NCBI GenBank assembly: GCA_046563655.1 | Contig: CM102287.1 | Location: forward strand, 9,858,001-9,922,000 | DNA length: 64,000 nt | From: Yuukianura sp. NJ FZ-2021 | Taxonomy: Eukaryota | Reading direction: 5' to 3' | Shown here: one piece after another, positions 59,301-64,000 of the stretch | Numbering within the stretch: position 1 is the stretch's first letter | Layout of the letters: the number at the start of each line of letters is the position of its first letter | The notes under the pieces: model-generated | Told to the model about the DNA's origin: nothing | Databases searched by the model: none | The model's input: the letters and a program-made list of their open reading frames with translations, nothing else | Position numbers and translations under genes: made by a program

Positions 59301-60379
59301 GACAACCTCCGCAGCATCAGCAAACTGATCAAATCCAGTACGTCCAAGTCCACCATCACCAAGAAGTACAAGCTCCTGAGCAGCATTACTTCCAGCAACC
59401 TCATCCTCAACCGCATCCTCAACCTCAGCAGTATTTTCCTCAAGCATCCCCCTCCCCCTCACCCCCACCATTTTACCCCTCCCCCCAACCCCCACCACAG
59501 CAATATTATCGCCAATCACTTCCGTTCCCCTCACCACCCCCCACACAAGCCGAGGTCATCTACGGTCAACCTCAAGGTCACGCATCTCCTGCCTACACGA
59601 CACGCGAAATCTATTCTCTACCACCACAAACCGTGACATACTCAACTCCCGGTCAAGGTCAAGCTGACATGCGAGGTCAAATTGACACGCGAGGTCAACT
59701 TGATATGCGAGGTCAACCTATGTACGCTCCAGCATTTGCGTCAAGTTCAAATCCCGAAATAGTTGGAGATCAGCGTGAAATGAACTACCGCGAAGCCATG
59801 AAATACTTGCACCAGAGTCCACAAAATTCAATTTTCGAATCTTCTCACGATTCCCGCCAAAAACCTTACGTTCCGAATCCAACGCCATCGTTTTTTGAAA
59901 GCGATTATTTCCTGCGTCAATTCCAACAAGAAAAAGAACGAGAACGAGATTCAGTTGCTCTGCGCAGTTCTTACTCATTTGGATCCAGTAAAGCTGCGCA
60001 ACCGGAGTACAGTTTCTTCAAACCACAAACCGATACCGGTTTCAAATTTCCCGAACCATTATCAGAAGGTTCGAATCGACCGGTAACATTTTTCGGAACA
60101 ACTCAGCGACCGTTCGACCTCACTCCGTCAATTCCAATGGTCAAAATCTCAAGTCCGGAAAACGTTGTACGCAGCGCTGATTTCAAGGTTCAAAGCAGCG
60201 ATTTGAGGCCGACGCTGCAATCGCTGTATGACCAATCACGCTCAGAGTCTACGGTGGTACCAGTAGCACTAGGAAACCGTGGAACGCATTACAACAAAAA
60301 TTTGGATCCACTTTTTTCCCAGGGAAATTTGAAATCGCTGGCGGCACAAGCACTTCGACACTCTGGTTCCGTAGCATAA
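56353..60379 (+). CDS. Large secreted Gln/Pro-rich repeat protein (~1000 aa); probable exons 56353-56427, 57244-57312, 57425-57456/57469, 57589-60379
   Basis: A 2.8 kb open frame with PQEFQGQPPQVFQGQ-type tandem repeats. Upstream mini-exons with strong GTAAG donors build a signal peptide MATTPTFVVFWRSKFVTLFFLSFLL|APWVTKG. The junction into the last exon has a phase problem (see findings). Confidence 0.85.
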
Positions 60380-60962
60380 CAGCGGTACCGTTTCGAAAAT
60401 TTTGAGGTAGTACCGTGTTTCACTGTTTCACGGAATGAAATTTACCGTATTTCACGAAAGGCTACTTTTTTTATCGATTGTTGTAATTTATGGCTAAGTT
60501 GTTTTTTCTTTTAATAAAAATGAAAAGTGAAAGTTTTTTGGACAAGAAAGTCTACAGAATTTTAAAATTTTGAAAATTTTAACATTGGTTTAGTAGAAAC
60601 TTGAAAGAAATTGAAAAAATTGAAAGAAAAACAAAAATTTTGACTGCTATAACTCAAACGCCAGATAAAAATTAATTAAAAACCTAACAGGTTTGTATTA
60701 ATGTTTGCACGACAATAATTTGCATTGCGAGAGATAGGGAAGGAGATAGAAAAAATACATGGGAGAAAACGGACAACTCCAAAAAAAATCATTGTTGAAA
60801 AATTAAATATTTTATATGACGTCGAAACTAAACTAAAAAAATGACAAAAATCTTCTTTTTTTTTTTTTTACAAACACACGAAAACCTCATAACTTTTTAA
60901 TCTCAGACTTCAAAATAGACTTTTTATAAAGTTTTTATTAATTTTATTAAAAATTTAATTGA

Positions 60963-61867
60963 TTAAATTTGAGCACTGGATTCAATCACGACGATCCGAC
61001 TTTCGTCAAAAGTTGAAGCACTTTGGGCGCGTGTTCGAGTCACACCAGAGGCAACTTTTTTGACATTCTTAGCTGCCTTGACCTTCTTGAAGAGTGAGAT
61101 ACAAAAGGTCACGACGACCCAGAGTTTGTACAAGGTCAGGAAGAAGAGGATGAATTGGAAGATGACAAAGTACAGCTTGTTGTAGAAGACAATGACTATG
61201 GCAATGTCACCAATCGCAACTGCGATCGTAATCGATATCCAGGCGATGCACAGCCACCGATTCTCCTGAAAACAAAGGTCAATGACCTTAAGTGTAGAGG
61301 TCAAAGGTCAACGACCTCCAAATTGCCGGTCAAAGGTCAAATTTTGTACCAGTAAAGCTGCTGTGAGCAGAATGTAGTTGACTGGAGTCAGAACCAGAGT
61401 GGCAATAAAGACAGCCATCGCTCCAGTCCTCACTAATTCCAAAACCAATTAACACAGAACGTTAATTAATCTTAAATGCTCAAATTAATCGATTAACGCT
61501 TAGAATCTTAACGAAGCATGCGCAGATTGCTTACTCAGTTCAGTATCGCCCATGAGCCAGTAGTCCAAGGCAATGAACATGAATGCTGGATGGCTAAACT
61601 GAAATGTTTTTTACCATTTGAGTAAACGAAGTTGGTGACCTTGAAATTGAGCCAGGTCAAAGGTCAAAGGTCAAAGGTCAAACTTACAATTCCAATGAGT
61701 GCTACAATGATGGTTCCAGTGCGTAGTGACACGTCTTCCAGGAACCAGCAGGGGTCATTGTTCACTTCTGTCCGGGTCACATGACTCGGAATGCCAGTCA
61801 AACGCCCTGTCTGCAATGTACTCACGGTTGTCCTACCTTCTAACGCAGTCTCCTCTTCCTCGTTCAT
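60963..61867 (-). CDS. Four-TM membrane protein (DUF4728/LAPTM-like), 209 aa; exons 61867-61688, 61598-61535, 61432-61350, 61265-60963
   Basis: In-phase GT-AG exons. The product has CWFLEDVSLRTGTIIVALIGI, then LLTAALL|ENRWLCIAWI and YKLWVVVTF, the usual pattern of arthropod small tetraspan proteins. Confidence 0.8.
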
Positions 61868-62560
61868 GCTCAACTTTTCTAAAAAAAAAAAAGTAGTTTT
61901 TTAAAAAATAAAATTGAAATTTTGAAAGAAGGTCAAAGGCCAAACTTTTCCTCCTTTGTTAAAGATACCGTCGCGTTTCTGTGGTAGCTCCATTCCATTT
62001 TTAGTACAATTTGAAATCTAAATTTAACAGAAACGCCCGAGGCGTTTTCAAATTTCTTTGGATTGCATTAGAGGAGTATTCTATTTACCTTGGGATTGCA
62101 TTAGATTTTTTTACCTCCCCAAACCAGCAGGTACCCATTTTTCAAAAGTTGAAATTTTGAAAAGTTCCTATAACACCGATTTTGAAAAGTCGAAATTTTG
62201 AAAATGTACAACAACATTAGTTGTAGTGAAGTTAAGAATCTGAAGAAACTAATAGTCAGCGTGGCAGTACTATGGTTTGATATTACGGAAGAATTGGACA
62301 GGTTAAGAGAGGGCATGTCGTCGCCTCAAGATTTCGAGTCATTCTATACGGCAAAAACGAACAAACGAGTTGTTGAAAAGTTATATGTACAGCTTAAGAA
62401 CGTCGTAGGAAGAGTTAACGAAGAATAAGATTTACAAAACCTAATTTTTTATAAAAGATTAGCCTCATTTTGTTTTCGTTTTACAGTTAAAACGTTTACT
62501 TTTAAATAAAATTTTTACGTAAACTCATTTTGAAGAGCGTGCAATTTCTAAAAATTTACA

Positions 62561-63516
62561 CTACGGTTGATTATGGTGAGTTTCTGGCGTTTTTTTGTTA
62601 GGGTCAGCCGGGGTCACTGGATTTGTGTCCACTTTGACTTGGTTGATGGATTCCAGTTGTTCTGGAGGAATGTTGGCCTGTGATTGGTCCAGATTTGCCT
62701 CCGAAGGCGGGGCATTCGTTGGCTGTACTGCACTGCGAGTCTTCTTCAGCTTGATGTCCTTGATGAGCAGAAACATGAGCACTGCGTCCAAAATTCGAAA
62801 TGCCAAGATGACGCCAAGCATTCCCCAGTAAGCCACTTTTTCCAAAGCCGTGACATTGCCGAACGTAAAGATGTAGCTGCATGGCACAAAGTTCAGCACG
62901 GTAATCACAACAATCACGAAACACCAAGCACGACCCATTGTGTGGTTTTCCTGAAACAAAAACAAGGCCAAAGGTCAAAAGTTTTTCCAAAAAAAAAAGT
63001 TTGAAGTGTTACCTGCCAGCCAGCAAAGGTGTAGACAATGTACACCATGACAGAGAGAGTGAAGATGATGACTTGCCAAGTCCAAAAAATCACTAAAATG
63101 AAACATTTTTTCAACAAACGGTTTCAAAATTTTGAAATTCCAAGATGACCTTTGACCTCTGCGTGGACTTACCACGAACAGTGACCCCAATGACTTCGTG
63201 CAGGCGCTCTTGGACATAATCTTTGGTGAAGGTGGAGGACGGTTTTGTACAATTGTCATGGATTGACAGCGCTTCCTTTTCAGTGTCCCGTTTTTTTTCG
63301 GCGTTAGACAGGTACACGGCAGACACAATCGTCAGAATGACATAGAGGAGCTGGAAGGTCAAATCAAAATTTTGAAAACCGAAATTTTGAAAAATGGATT
63401 TTTAAAATTTTGAAACTCACCAAACCCAGTCCTCCGGCGATCATCACCCATTGACCCTTGGTCAACTGCGACAGCGATTTCCGTTTCCTCTTCGGCAGTG
63501 TTTTAGGTGGAGCCAT
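62561..63516 (-). CDS. Four-TM membrane protein, probable paralogue of the adjacent gene, 247 aa; exons 63516-63421, 63350-63173, 63092-63013, 62950-62561
   Basis: In-phase exons with the same intron phase pattern (0,1,0) as the neighbour and the same last junction (AGWQ|ENHTMGRAW versus AALL|ENRWLCIAW). Four hydrophobic segments. Confidence 0.78.
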
Positions 63517-64000
63517 TTTTAAAGTTTAGAAAATCCTAAAAATCTTAGAAGAGTTTCTAAAAAATTTCGAAATTCTAAAATTCACTTCCAAAGGTTGAGT
63601 GAAAAGACACTTTGCGTTTGATAGAAAAATGAAAATGGATAACTGTTGCGTGTTTGCCAGGACATAAAAAAGTCAATAAAATGTTATTTTTAAACAAAAT
63701 CAAAGAAACTCGTGAGAAATTGTTGGTTGCTACGACAACAACAACCAATGGGAAACGGAATTTGGTTTCTGAAATGATCTGGTATGGTTTTGGCTAAACC
63801 AAATCTGGTACAAAACCAGAAATTTTGGTAACTACTGCTCAAGTTGGTTCCTAGCTATGAATCTGTCCAGAATTTCTTGTCTCAGCGCTGCTTCCTGTTC
63901 ATCTGACCAGATTTCTGTCGTGAATGCTGACACAACCGTGATTTCCAAAATCGATCGAACAACGTTCCAAGTCAAACTGTAGAAGTCCAGTTGCGGATAA

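Noticed and set aside
58219..59978. Several long antisense and alternate-frame ORFs (up to 200 aa)
   Set aside because: Shadows of the repetitive Gln/Pro-rich coding strand.
1..64000. Autonomous transposon, viral or horizontally transferred bacterial gene
   Set aside because: No transposase, reverse transcriptase, integrase or intronless bacterial-like ORF recognised.

Overview
Eukaryotic, AT-rich, gene-dense animal DNA with many short spliceosomal introns. It is most likely a compact arthropod genome, possibly a mite; that taxonomy is inferred from protein style, not proven. Gene models were built by hand from GT/GC-AG sites with phase checks. In order they are: a 10-exon glutamate decarboxylase (Gad1) with one GC-AG intron; a small acyl-CoA-binding protein next to an ACBD4/5-like tail-anchored protein; the mir-184 hairpin on the minus strand at the end of a ~19 kb protein-poor region that is probably its host/regulatory locus; an orphan secreted-type ORF; a two-Kunitz protease inhibitor; ARPC3; a CHTOP/ALY-like UAP56-binding-motif protein; a small His/Gly/Val/Pro cuticle-like peptide; two very divergent TMBIM/lifeguard-like genes flanking EXOSC3/RRP40; three 4-TM membrane genes; and a ~1000 aa secreted Gln-rich repeat protein. 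The most unusual non-coding signals are three unrelated stems in the Gad1 3' region that all present the same TGCCGAC loop, introns and intergenic patches built from single transcription-factor-like motifs (AGGTCA IR1/DR1, TAATTA, CCAATCA), and a dispersed poly-C/poly-G fold-back element. No prokaryotic features and no autonomous transposon ORF were seen. No database search could be run.
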